Below, one piece after another: positions 12,471 to 24,829 of a stretch of DNA of 64,000 nucleotides; within the stretch, counting starts at the first letter, position 1; every line of letters starts with the position of its first letter. The stretch spans positions 518,462-582,461 of the forward strand of contig JAAOMT010000741.1 in NCBI GenBank assembly GCA_016748015.1, given 5' to 3'. The DNA is from Geosiphon pyriformis uo1. Taxonomy: Eukaryota; Fungi; Glomeromycota. A model generated the notes under the pieces. The model saw nothing but the letters and a program-made list of their open reading frames with translations, was not told the DNA's origin and ran no database searches. A program made the translations under genes and the position numbers.

Positions 12471-14020
12471 TTTAAAGGCTAATAAACAGTGGCTTCAACT
12501 AGGGGATTCTCTCCAAAGAAATTGATGTTGGCATGATTGGGTCTTTGATTGGGAACATTGTTGTTGTTGTTGAATCTGTTGTTTTGGTTGTTATTGTTTC
12601 TGGAAGCTGGAGGAGGCAGTAGAGGATTGTTACAATCTCTTGAATAATGTCTAGTTAATCCACAATAATAGCATACAGGTGGGCCACAATTTTGCTGTCT
12701 TTGATAGGAAGGTTACTGGGGCTGGTTAAAACGAGGTTCATATTTAGGTCTTGGTGATTGCTGGTTATCTCTAACTGCTTGTGCCAACAGTTCTAATAAC
12801 CAGGCAAGGTTAGCTGTAAGTCTATCTATCAATTGTTTATTTGGGTCTTGGGTTTGGACAGCAAAAGAAGTAGCAGCTACTTGAGGAGCAGGGGCCATGA
12901 CAGGAGCAGGAGCAAAAACTGGAAGTGTGGATCTCAGATGCATCCTTTGGTTATTTTCAATCCTTTGGGCAAGTTTAATAGCCATATCCATTGTAGGGTT
13001 GTCTTTCAGAGCCAAGAAAGACCAAAGAGCATAAGATAAGTCAGTTCTCAATCTTTTTGTAAAGGAGTGAATCTTTTGTTCTTTTGTCCAGTTCCTTCCA
13101 GAGTCTACTCGCTTGATTAACTTTCTGATTGCTTTGGCATATTTGGTTACAACTTCACCAGGACCTTGGGTTCTTCTTTCCAGTTCTATGCACCATTTAG
13201 ATATTAAGATTGGGATTTTGAACTTGTTTTCAAACCAGGTAGTGAAAAAGGTATTGTTTTTTCCTGCATCTGCTGGTGTCCATCTGATAATTCTGTGCTG
13301 GACATTGGCATTGGTTTCTTGTGAAAACCATGTGGCAGAAGAGTCTTGAAAGTAGCCACCAATGATTTGGAACTTGTACTCATTATCATATTGGTTGGCA
13401 GTAGCTGCTCTTTCAAAATTGTCTAACCATTCAATTGGATCTTGTGCATCATCTCTGAATAATAGTAATGGGGTGTTGTTTCTTTACCTCAAAGCAGTTT
13501 GTATGCCTTGGAGGGTGGCTAAGATGTTTGCTTGCATTGGATCTTGGGCCATTGGTTCAGGAGTTACTGTTTGAGTGAAATGATCTGAATTACTTGGGAA
13601 GAAATTAAAAATAGGAGTGGTTTGGTAACTTTCTTTTTCTGTTTCAAAAGGAGTTTCAGCTGATTGATGGGCAGCAATCCAGATGTGAATTTGGTAATTT
13701 AGATATTCGAATTCAGAAGGTTGTTGTTCAAAGGTTGCTGAATATAAGAGCTGATTTATATTGTTGTTTTTTTCTTTAAAGTTGTTTTTAAAGTAAGCTT
13801 GGTCAAAGTAATAGATTGTGTAGGCTGTATAGGTTTTAGCTGAATGCTCATTCAGGAACCAGTTCCAAAAGTCTTGAAATTGTCTGCTGGATTGTTTTTC
13901 AATGAGAAAGCAGATCAAGCAGGAGGGCAGAGGATTAAGTTCAATGAAATCTAGGTTGTTTCTGTTGTGTGCTACAAAGTGTTCTTCTGATTGCTGTGGC
14001 AGATATGAGTAATCACCCAT
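12464..14020 (-). pseudogene. Gypsy gag with CCHC zinc knuckle
   Basis: Capsid-like QDPIEWLDNFERAATANQY, QGPGEVVTKY; knuckle CYYCGLTRHYSRDC (about 12635-12675); premature stops. Confidence 0.85.
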
Positions 14021-14047
14021 ACAATAAGGGAATAAATGAATTTTGAC

Positions 14048-14066
14048 AACCTCACAGGAAGCACCA
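14048..14066 (-). other. Primer binding site TGGTGCTTCCTGTGAGGTT
   Basis: Begins with TGG, 6 nt inside the 5' LTR; complementary to a tRNA 3' end ..AACCUCACAGGAAGCACCA. Confidence 0.8.
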
Positions 14067-14072
14067 CTTTTA

Positions 14073-14726
14073 TGTTATGGGTTGGAGTAACAAGCTAATA
14101 GATAACAAAGGAGAACAGGATTGTAAGGTGATGGAAATAATCAAAGAGGATTCAACTTTAAAGAGTGAATTGAATGAGTATGGATTCAATGTGTGAGATC
14201 AGTCTCATAAAATATCTCAGTTGTTATTCTTTTCAAAGGTAACTGGAGAATCTGAAGGTAGAAAGATAGTCCATACTGTTAACAATTGATCACCACTGGT
14301 ATAATTCTATGCCTCATGTCAGCACTCTTAGAATTCAATATTAGATATCAACTTGTGCTTTTCAGTCACATTTATTCAAATAATCCTCAAATGCTACAAT
14401 TATATATGTCAGGAAAAAGCCAACAAGTAATCTTTTATCCTAAGATGTTTGGATACTTGAAGGTAGAGAAAGGGAAATTAGTGATAAGAAAGTGATTGAG
14501 ATGAAAGTTGTTATTTTTATTTATTTGATTCTTGTCTGAGAGATGATTTTCTATAGCTAAGAGACTTATCGCTTATATAGCTATTGAAAGTGATCAATGA
14601 CCAAGTCAACAGTCAGGTCATTGATCAGGTCAATGATTACTATCTAAAAATAGAGTGGCTAATTATATGACATTAGTGACTAATACATGTGATAACTAAT
14701 AAAAATTATGGGTTTCAACCATAACA
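14073..14726 (-). repeat. 5' LTR (654 bp)
   Basis: Direct repeat of 7082-7735, adjacent to the PBS. Confidence 0.97.
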
Positions 14727-17700
14727 ATAGATTTAACTTTATATAGCTTTAGAATTAATTTATTATTAACTACTTAATAGCCAAGTATTATCTTTCAAAA
14801 TAGTCAATTTAAAACACTTTTGATTATTTTTTTCTTATTAGAACAAAAGTTTTTCATATATTTATCTATAGCTTTTTTAATAAAATTATCTCTGATAATT
14901 TTAAATTTATAATACTTAGATTTTTAGTAACTTCTCTTAATTTTTGACAGATAACATAGAATTCTTTTTAAACTTTTACTATTATCAATTATAATACATA
15001 TTTTAAAGACTTTTTCTTTATTAATAGTAGACCAAATATTAAGAAAGCAATTAGTTTTTAAATCTTGATTTGAATCTAAACTCTTTATAATTTTGGCCAC
15101 CAAAAATTTCAGCTTGAAAAACTTCAATGATTGTTTATTCTTTAAACATTTAAACTTATTAAACCAAAATCTAAAAAATATTTTATTGGCAGAACTAATT
15201 ACTACTTTCTTCAAAATCTCTTAAATAGTATTCAAATTACCACAATTTCTTGTACTATTAAATCTAGCCATTTTTTTTGAAAATTTGTCCAATAAATACT
15301 CCTTAAACTATAACTACTTATTAACATTAGCATTTTTAATTCTAAACTTCCACTTATCTTTATTAGCCTGTTTACAATTATTATTGAAATAGATATCTAA
15401 GAGACTACTTAAACCAACTGCAATAGAGACTGCCTTATGATTAGTATCAAAAAACTCAGACACAATATCAATTTTATGATTAACAAATATGAAATTTATG
15501 ACTTTTTTAACATCTTTAAAATTGTTCTAAGTATGAGCTTTGCCTAATAGATGTCTACTAAATAAGTTAATTAAGCACAAATCTACACAAAACTTAAAAC
15601 TCACACTTTTTTTCAAACTGTTTTTATTAAAATTTCCACCCAAAACCACAAAAGTGTTAGAGTTAACTGTTTTAGCAATAAAAAAATTGATTTCCAAAGC
15701 TTGGCCAAACTTAGTTTCAGCAGAAACACCAACATATAAACACAAAATTGTAACTGATAGTTTGCCTTTAAACAGAAGACACACTAAAATAACTCAACCA
15801 GGAACTTTTTTTACTTTTGAAATATAACAAACCAGAAAATTGTTAATAACAATAGCTATTTTAATATTAAGAAAACTTTTGTCTAGACCAGATATAAAAA
15901 TCCTCATACTATCAAACTTATTCATAATTCACAGCCTAATATTAGATCTTAACTTCATTTTTGTAATGATCAAAATTACATTATCCAAATTTATATGTTA
16001 ATAAACAATATTATCTTATTTGGCAGAAACATTAATACCTTAAATATTACATATAGCAATTTTTCAGACCAAATCATTTATTGAGATAAAAAAAACATTA
16101 AAAAACTTGAGCTAATATACAATTAATTTATTCTTGTCAAGACCAAACCAACAAAAACTTTAAAGATTACTATTTTAGATTTCAATTTGTTCACCTTAGT
16201 AGTTAGAACTTTTGATTAATTCAAACTCAAATCTGAAACTGCATTATTTGCAACTAAAAAAAAAAGATGAGTAATACAGATAAATTGTCTAAAACTATAT
16301 TCAAAACCAATTTTAAATTCAAAAAAACAGATACAGTTAAAGAAAGAGATTAAGAAATAGATATCAAAGACATCAAATTTATAGCACTTAGTTTTTGCAC
16401 AATATTTGACACTTGATTAGCCAACAACTCCAAGAAATATTCTAAAGAAACCAAGTAGGTACCAATAGATAAATTATTTTAAATAACTACAAAATTTTTT
16501 TTAATACATAATATACCAAAAAAAGGTGATTTAAAACCAGAACCAGAGTAAGTATTGTTAAAAGAGACAGCAAGTGAAACTATTTATGTTCGAATTTGTT
16601 ACTAAAGACAGCAGAATAAAAAATAAAAACACTTTTCTTAATATACAATCTAGCCAGTTGAAGGCAATTTTCTTTTAAAGCAATTCTTTTATAAGTTTTT
16701 GGTAAAAACAAAACACTTGTATTTAATATATTATATTCTAAGACTGAATGTCTAAAATACTTATACTTCTTACACCAAACCAAATCTAATTTGGTTCAAA
16801 AAAGTTTTATATTACCAAAAATTGGCTCTATGCAAAAAACAGATTTCAAATTATTTTTTATATCAAAGTCAATTACAATACAATAAATTTTATTGCCAGT
16901 TTTAAATGATTAATTGATAATACAAATTTTTTTATCAGCTCTTTTCAATAAAGTGCCCAGATTATAAGCTGTTATTTCCACAAGTAAGATAAACAAAAGC
17001 ACTCTAAAACAATTTTTAGACATTTAAGTTTTGCGATTTTTTACAGTTTTAGCTACATGTATTAAATCTTTCTCAATTAAGAATAAATATCTGACTGCCA
17101 ACTGCTTAGTCTAATTTGATTTAGCAAATTTCATCAGACTTCTATCACAGTCTAATTAGTTGTAATTAAATCAACACTATCTTATTAAACTTAACTACTG
17201 CAGTAATAATTATTTTTTTTGACATATTTATGAGAATTTTTTTAATTATTACAGTCCAATTTAACCTAATTTTTTGTCTTTTAAGATTATTATTTAATTT
17301 AATTTCTTTTTCTATAGCCAATAACACAGTCTTTTCTATGTTTTTCTTTGATGTAAATATAGATTTAATGATTTCTTTAAATTTTAAGAAAGTAGTGGCC
17401 TTCCCAAAACCATTAATTGCCAAAAAAAAATTTCTAATGAGCTGAATTTTTGCTGTTGCTGATTTTTTTTTTACAGCCAATAAATTAATATCCAATATAA
17501 AGAATTTCTTAACAGCCATCTCAATCTGAATTTTTACTATTTTAAAATTAACTTATTTTTTGTTAAGAGAAATATTAAGAGAAGAGAAAAAAAAACCTAT
17601 ATCTTTATTTATTTTAAAGTTGATTATATCAATAAAAGAGCTACTATTCAAATTTGTATTAACTCTTTTAGTTTTAGAAGTTATTGTAGTCAAAACAAAA

Positions 17701-18060
17701 AGAAAACCACTATCTAAATTTATTATAATATTATTAATCTTACTGTCATTAAACTTACTATTTATATCTGAATACATGCCATTATTAATACCAAATTTGA
17801 CCAAAAAAATTTTTTTTTATTTTTAAAATACTTAATATTATCAACAGAGACCTTTTTTCTTTGAAAAAAAGTACTATTAATAAGACCATAAAGAGCATCC
17901 TTGAAAGTCTTCTTCTTTAACATATTACTACTTATAGCAGCTTTCAGATTTATTACAAAAAGATTATTAGCTTAAGAAATATTGAAAGTAATATAAGCAA
18001 AAAGATAAAAACAAAACTTTTTTTTTGAAAAATAGTTTTTTAGAGAATTTGAACATAGAA

Positions 18061-18950
18061 GAAAAAAAAGTTTTAATTTTATTAAAATAGAATATAATAA
18101 AATATATTAAATATATATATAAGCTTTATTTTTTGTTATTTATTATTAACAAAAATTTTTAAAATAAAAAATATAATAACAAATTTAAAGTTAAAATTTT
18201 TTATTAAATTATTTTCTAAATTATTTATATTATTAAATATTTTCAGTTTTTAAAAAATTAAAAAATTTAAATATGTTTAAAAAAACTATTAATAATTATA
18301 TAATATTATGTTTTATTTTGTTATGTTTTATTTTTTTTTGTTTTGTTTTGTTTTATTAAAAACTTTTAAAAAAATTTGTATTAGTTTATACAAAATTTAT
18401 TAATTAAAATATTATTTATATATATAACTTAAAAATATATTTTAAAAAATAATATAAATTATTAATTAATTTTAATTGTTTTAAAACAATTTAATATTTA
18501 TAATTTTAATATTTAATATATAATAAAATATTTTAAATATTACAAATATATTAATTATTTATTAATTATTTATTAAAATGTAATAATTTTTATTTACATT
18601 ATGTAATATGTTTTTTAAAAATATTTTAATATATAATTACTTTAAAACAAATTAATTAAAATAAACAAAATATATATGTATTTTATTATTTTATTTATAA
18701 AACCATTAAATTTAATTTTTTATAAAAAATCAAAATAATTTTATTTAACAATAAATTTTATAAATAAAAATAAAATTTTTTTTGTTTAATATCATAATTA
18801 ATATGATATTATTTTATAAATTTTGTTATATGTATGATTTAATCATGGTATTTAGTTACATTTGTAAATTATTAAGAATTAAGATAAATAATAATGAAAA
18901 TAATTGAATGAAATATTGAGCAATGTAAACTAAATAATAAAAATTTAAAG
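18061..18950. other. Extremely AT-rich decayed DNA (right flank of repeat island)
   Basis: Almost devoid of G/C, no ORFs. Confidence 0.5.
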
Positions 18951-19547
18951 ATTATTTTTGATGGCTTACCAAAGAGGAACTTTTGAGAAGAAAAATTAGC
19001 CGTTTATGAAAGTTCATTATTAATTAGGTGTTTAAAGGACAAAGCACCTTTAACCTTAGATTCTTTTTTCCGGGCTCTGATGTAGGCCAAATACTATTTC
19101 ATAAATGTTTCATCTTTTCGTGAATACGGTGAGAATTAACTTCGTTTATAATTTTCTTTTCTTGGCATGTTCGTTAAAATTCTAATTAACCTTTCGATAT
19201 CTTGAAAAAAAGATCACAATTCTTGAACTTCCATCTAGTGCACGCTTAATAACATTCCGATATAAACGTTGAAGAATATTATATGAAGTCTGAAAACCCA
19301 TGATTTCAGGGCAATTCTTTTTTCTATCTGGTACACCTTCCTAGAAAGTGCGATTTGCAATTCAAATTTCGATTGAAAAGTTAACGACTCTTCACACGAT
19401 GTCAAGCTGCTCTCATCACCAAAAATAATCTCAGGCCAATCAACCATTTATAATTCAAGCTCAGGCTAGTCTTTCGTCAAAGTGACCTGCAAAATGAAAA
19501 ACCAGGATCCTGGGCGTGAAGCGTAAATCTCCCCGAGGCACCAGTGA

Positions 19548-21992
19548 TTAGACTATGCCAGTACGATGTGCCATCATGACGCCTATTATTGCAAAAATTA
19601 GAATTCCTGTTAATATAGAAAAGAACCATGTTAAGGATCCTTCTATATCGGGTTGTCCAGGAACTCGCACATTCATCCCCCATAAACCTATTAAACAAAA
19701 ACATTTCATAAGCGACCCTAATAGCGGATTTGAGCAGTAAAGTACAATGATAATTTTTGTTACCCGTGACAAGATTCATTGGGACTAGAATTGTGCCAAG
19801 TGCTGTTAAACGAGACAGTATATCATTAATTTGATTGTTCGCTTGTGTCATCTCGATTGAAATTTGTGCAAGGTAATTTGAGTGAGAGCGTGACAGGATT
19901 TTTTCATAATGATTCAAGTTTTGAACCATCGTAATTATGTGGTCTGTAAACAAAAATTTTGGTTGATTATTTCGTTCGTTCGTTCGTACGTTCGAGAAAA
20001 GAAGTTTGAATTGTATTACCTTGAATATCACCTAAATACAGCACAATCTCATTGCTAATAATCACATCCCATCGCAATTCATTACATCTTTTAACCAGCC
20101 CTTTCATAACATCCGCCTTATTTCCCAGTAAGCGTAAAAGTCCCATGACTTTTTTTCGACAGTGGCCAATCCGTCGTAACATATCGGTTTGTTCGGACTC
20201 TTTGAGAATCAATACCAGTTCGTCAATCGAATCCACCTCAAATTCGATTGATCGAATTAATGGTGCGAACGAATCGGTAATATCATCAATAATGGCGTAA
20301 TTGATCCAATCTAAAGCAAGAGTATTAAACATTGTTTGGTTCCTTGAAAATGAGAATAAAAAATATAAACAAATAAATAAATACCAGGTGTGACAGTTAT
20401 ATAATCTTTTAATTGTTTAATACGACGCCTTACATTCCCGGGATGAATAGTAGGTTGATAATGAAACTAAGAGTTCAATTGAAAATATTATTGATCACAA
20501 AAAAATAGATATAGAAAAAGATCAGCAAGACTCACCGATAGGATTCCTTCTTTCATCACGACCATATACAAGCTAACTGGCTGCAAATAAGTTGGGGAAT
20601 AATGGTCCTGATCAAAAGACCGGAAGCATATAAAGTAGTAATTCTTAAATAATTCACACTTTTCCCTAGTTTCTTCTGTTTCAATATCTTCGACAGTCAA
20701 AGGATGAATTCCAAAGATCTATGTGCAAACAAAAAGGTGCTGTTGCTATTTTAATATACAAATTTGGAACCGCAATCATGAATTAGCATTAAAACCTTTT
20801 CTAACCCTGCCCAAATCCCGCATTTCAGATTCTCCTGGGGATAAAATATCGAGCCACCAACAACCTGATTTCAACATTTCAGTGAGAGAGGAACCAGAAG
20901 GTGGAACTTCGGCCAAGGAACGAGCGTGAACCGTGCTATAGGCAGTAGAATAGAAGGTGTACCGATAACTAGATTCATTTGGAGACTTGATGAAAAAGGG
21001 AAAAAGATGTTAAAAACCTGAAAATCGAAGAAAATTCGGATAGGATTTTGGATTTAGATAAATAAAATTATATTTTTGGACTAGTGATAAGATGAAAAAC
21101 ATGAAAATTCTCTAGTTAATTGAAACAAATCGATAAAAAATATATCGTTAAATTTCGTAATCAGGGAGAATATTTATGATAAAAATGACGAAAAGTGATT
21201 CAAGTCAATGAATGCAAAATTTCGGGATTGACACCACACCTTGGTCTCAGTCCCTTTCATGTGAAGATATTTATCACCATCCTTGATAAAAGAAGATGCC
21301 GGTTCACTCAATCGTCGTTGCCTTCTCCGCTGATCTTTTTTTCTCCTTTCAGTTTCCTCGCGTACATATTCTTCCAGTGCATCGTAATCAATTCCTTTTT
21401 TGTCATTTTTTTCAATTCTAGGGAAGCATACATCTGCATGGGCCTTTGATCCACGACGCGATTGTGAAGAATTAGTTACAGTCCCGCCTTCTGAATCTGA
21501 TTCCTCGTTAGTTGAGTTATTGGACCCCATGTCATAGGTATTCTTATTAAAGTTGACCACATAATCCTGACGAGCCGTAGATATACCTTTAGGTGAATTT
21601 GGGACATGTAAAGTGGAAGTTGATTGTCGATAGGATAATGACTGTTTTCCGTCACCTCGAGGCGAGGGAGAACGGAGTGATATGTCAACGTATGTAGATG
21701 AAAGTGATCTTGATGCATTCCTGCGTTCCTCTTGTAATAATGGGGTATGAACACTATTTTCTTCATTAATGTCAAAGGGTTTTGAAGAATCTTGTTCATA
21801 TCGATTTCGGGTTAAAGGGGAATCAAATATGGAGGTTTGTAACGCGGTTGGTGAGACACTAAAGTGATCGGGACTCATGAAAGCAGTGTTTGAGTTGAGA
21901 GACTCGGTTGAGCGAAGATATGGGGAGGCAGGGTATAATTTAGGTGAATTATTGTTTCTATGATTGTTTAATAAACTTCTTGGTGAAGCCAT
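19548..21992 (-). CDS. CorA-family Mg2+ transporter (Alr1/Mnr2-like), about 7 exons
   Basis: WWLDI, FGIHPLTVEDI, REKCELF, DWINYAIIDDITDSFAP, and the GLWGMNV signature between two C-terminal TM helices. Confidence 0.93.
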
Positions 21993-22851
21993 GTTTCAAT
22001 AAAGGGTCAATTAGAGAAGTTGCTTGAAGATTGGTTATTAAAGGTAAATGTGAGCTTTTGAAAAATTTTCTTTGTTTAAGCAGAGAATATAATTATTAGA
22101 TTGAAAATTTGAAATGGGATAATGGGTAAGAAAGGAGGCAACAAATAACAGGCTTACGACAGGTAATGTAACTAAAAGGTAAAAATAAAAAAAATTTTAA
22201 TGTATTTATACCAGAATCAAAGAGTAACCGTTTAAGTGATCAATTCGATTACACCATTACAAATATCTGCGATATGTTGTATGCATTACAGAATGCAATT
22301 GATCTCTTATGAGAACATTTGCGTTGAAATTTTAACCAAATAAGTAACACGTTTTACTTTAACGTCACACAATTATCTATGGGAGACTAATACTATCGTC
22401 AATGCCATTTACAGTGATAGTTACTAATTAACCAAAAGCGAGAATGGGTTTGAGAGCTGAAAAGAGTTTTTGATTCTTCAATTAATCATTATTATTATTA
22501 TTATTATTTTTCAAGATTTCACTATTCTCGAAGTGGAAATTTTAACAGTGAAATAATGACAGGGCATCTTTATCTTCCATCTTTTGCATTAACTCCTTCA
22601 ACATCTCACCCAATTTCATTTCAAGTTTCTTTGGTTAAATAGCTTGGAAAATCGTTAGCACCTACGTCGCTGACGTATGGATCGCCTAGATGATGATGTT
22701 AGTAATATATATATATATATATATCAAAGTTTTTCGCCAATTCTCCGGTCACAGAAGGAAAAAAAAAAGGGCATGCGCGAAAAGCGTCAAGTGAAATTAT
22801 TGGTGAGGTCACATGTTCACTATCTGGGACACTCCTGATATAAAACGTTTA

Positions 22852-22875
22852 TATTATCACTATTATTATTATCAC

Positions 22876-22953
<78 letters not shown>
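22852..22953. repeat. (TAT)n microsatellite
   Basis: About 30 units seen directly. Confidence 0.95.
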
Positions 22954-22957
<4 letters not shown>

Positions 22958-23291
22958 TTTTGATATATATTTTGATATATTTTGATATATATTATTTATT
23001 TTTACATTTAAAAAATAAAACCATATAACAAAAATGGTTAAATTTAATTTTTATAATTTAAAACTTATAAAATTTTTGTTTCACTAATAGGCACTTCTAA
23101 GAATGGAATTTTTATGTATATATATTAATTTATATGTTCGAAAACTCATGATTTAAAAGCTTTTATGAATCTTTTTAACTGCAATAACAACGACAACAAC
23201 AACAACAACTTTGAAAACTCGATTGATTTGTTTGTAATTTGATAATTAGTTAAATAAAAAAATCTATATTCCCGATAAAGGTTATTTGTTT

Positions 23292-23383
23292 TTGCTTTGA
23301 ATATCCTGGATCAACTGAAATCTAATTGCTTTGAATATCTTGAATCAATTGTTTTGAATATCTTGAATCAACTGAAATCTAAT
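23292..23383. repeat. Short imperfect tandem repeat TTGYTTTGAATATCYTGRATCAA x3
   Basis: Three copies, two followed by CTGAAATCTAAT. Confidence 0.75.
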
Positions 23384-23700
23384 GTTTACTGCCGATAATC
23401 CTGATGTTCGTTTTTTCTGCAAGAATATTAACTATCAAAAAAAAAAAGGTTAAATCTTTTTTGGTATAGACAAGTGAGATTAATATATAAATGAAAAGGG
23501 TTTAGATCCCTAAAACATATAAAAAGTTAGGATCATCTTAATAGTGATAAACGTCTCGTTGGGATTCCTCTCCACCTTTTTTTTTCATTATTTACCTTAT
23601 GCCCCATCTAAATGTTCCGAATTTATTGAATCCTATCGTAAAGAAAAATAGCCTTGGTTTATTTCATAACTTCTAATTGTCGCGTAAAAATTTTCTTTTA

Positions 23701-24006
23701 CTATTTAACCACATCTTTTACTAACTCTTCTAACTTTAATTCAACTTCATCAGCTGATAACCCATTCAATACTACCTTTTTCTCTATACCAAAATCTAAA
23801 AATTTTCAAAATAAAATTCTGATTAGATGATTAGATTTTGCTTTGAAATGATTCATATTATTCTATAGCTGTTACCATAACGCGCAAAAAATCTTGCTTC
23901 AACGCCATTCGCCTCCCGAATCAGAATAGGGAAATTAGGATTATCTTTTTTTAATGCTAGATAATTCTTGGTTATGAATTCTCTGGGTAACATCAAAAAA
24001 AAAAGG

Positions 24007-24062
<56 letters not shown>

Positions 24063-24577
24063 AAAACGAAGATTGAGTTAGATCAATAACCAAATTGAAA
24101 GGTTCAAATATAGTTGGGTTTATTCTTCATAAATGTTCTCGTAAGAGTACATTTCTAAAGTAATAACTGAAAAAATTAATTTGTTTCTTGAAATTAATTC
24201 GCTGAAATAGATTACAGAAAAAGAGAAATTTGAACCAATTTTTCTCTTCAAATAAAAAAGTAAATTTTGATCTTTGTATATATAAAATCTAATCAAGAGC
24301 AAGATTGACAGTTCTTTCCATAAAATAAACCTCTATTCCCAACACAAACTTTTATTAAGATCAAGAGTAGCTGGAAAGCCTTACAAACCTCAAACACTAG
24401 AAAAATGCAATAGGCCAAGAACTAACCCAACCTCCCTCTCGTTCTCATCTAACATCACTTCTTCAACAAACAAAACATTGAAATAAAATACCTAACACCA
24501 GAGCTAGCCGGGGAAGTTTGACAAAAGTGTACGCGTAACTCTTTCAAATTTTTTGATAATAAACTTTGCCACGACAT
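23701..24577 (-). CDS. NDUFA2: NADH:ubiquinone oxidoreductase subunit CI-B8 (NDUFA2), 3 exons; not in the ORF track
   Basis: Spliced translation MSWQSLLSKNLKELRVHFCQTSPASSGVR|EFITKNYLALKKDNPNFPILIREANGVEARFFARY|DFGIEKKVVLNGLSADEVELKLEELVKDVVK*, GT-AG introns. Confidence 0.93.
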
Positions 24578-24599
24578 TCTCCTTATAACTTTATACCCT

Positions 24600-24725
24600 G
24601 GGGGGGGGGGGGGGGGGGGGGGGGANNNNNNNNNNNNNNNNNNNNNNNNNNNNNNNNNNNNNNNNNNNNNNNNNNNNNNNNNNNNNNNNNNNNNNNNNNN
24701 NNGGGGGGGGGGGGGGGGGAGGGGG
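24600..24725. other. Poly-G tracts flanking an assembly gap (N 24626-24702)
   Basis: Seen directly. Confidence 0.95.
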
Positions 24726-24829
24726 AAACGCTTTCAAAGTTTACAGTTCTTTTGTAAAAGAAACTCAAAGATTATCTATTCATTATCCCCATGTGAAATT
24801 ATATCACGTTTATTTATAAATTAATTTTA

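Larger units (their letters stand above)
7082..14726 (-). mobile_element. Complete but mutated Ty3/Gypsy LTR retrotransposon
   Basis: Paired TGT..ACA LTRs, 4-bp TSD ATAG (7078-7081 and 14727-14730), domain order gag-PR-RT-RH-IN, PBS and PPT. Confidence 0.97.
3697..18060 (-). mobile_element. Degenerate near full-length non-LTR retrotransposon (ORF1; ORF2 APE-RT-RNase H), interrupted at 7082-14726 by an LTR element
   Basis: Minus-strand motif relics. APE: V*KIAICNI*GINVSAK* (about 16080) and VVLGGNFN (about 15630). RT: relic of GLDQGEVFSPLLWRIFYD (about 6300-6360) and HILDIANEFF (about 6160). RNase H: IVYTD*S (about 5120), LQTIAL (about 4990), KNHSGVISN (about 4780). (TAA)n tail at 3697-3720. 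The 5' boundary is approximate. Confidence 0.8.

Noticed and set aside
22663-22678. Palindrome TACGTC-GCT-GACGTA (CRE-like) upstream of CorA; E-box TCACGTGA at about 39380
   Set aside because: Short motifs expected by chance; no independent support.
22813-23028. Poly-Tyr ORF (also poly-Ile at 56467-56649 and poly-Gly/Pro at 24566-24768)
   Set aside because: Translations of microsatellites or the assembly gap.
23292-23383. Direct repeats as a CRISPR-like array
   Set aside because: Only three copies, no unique spacers, eukaryotic context.
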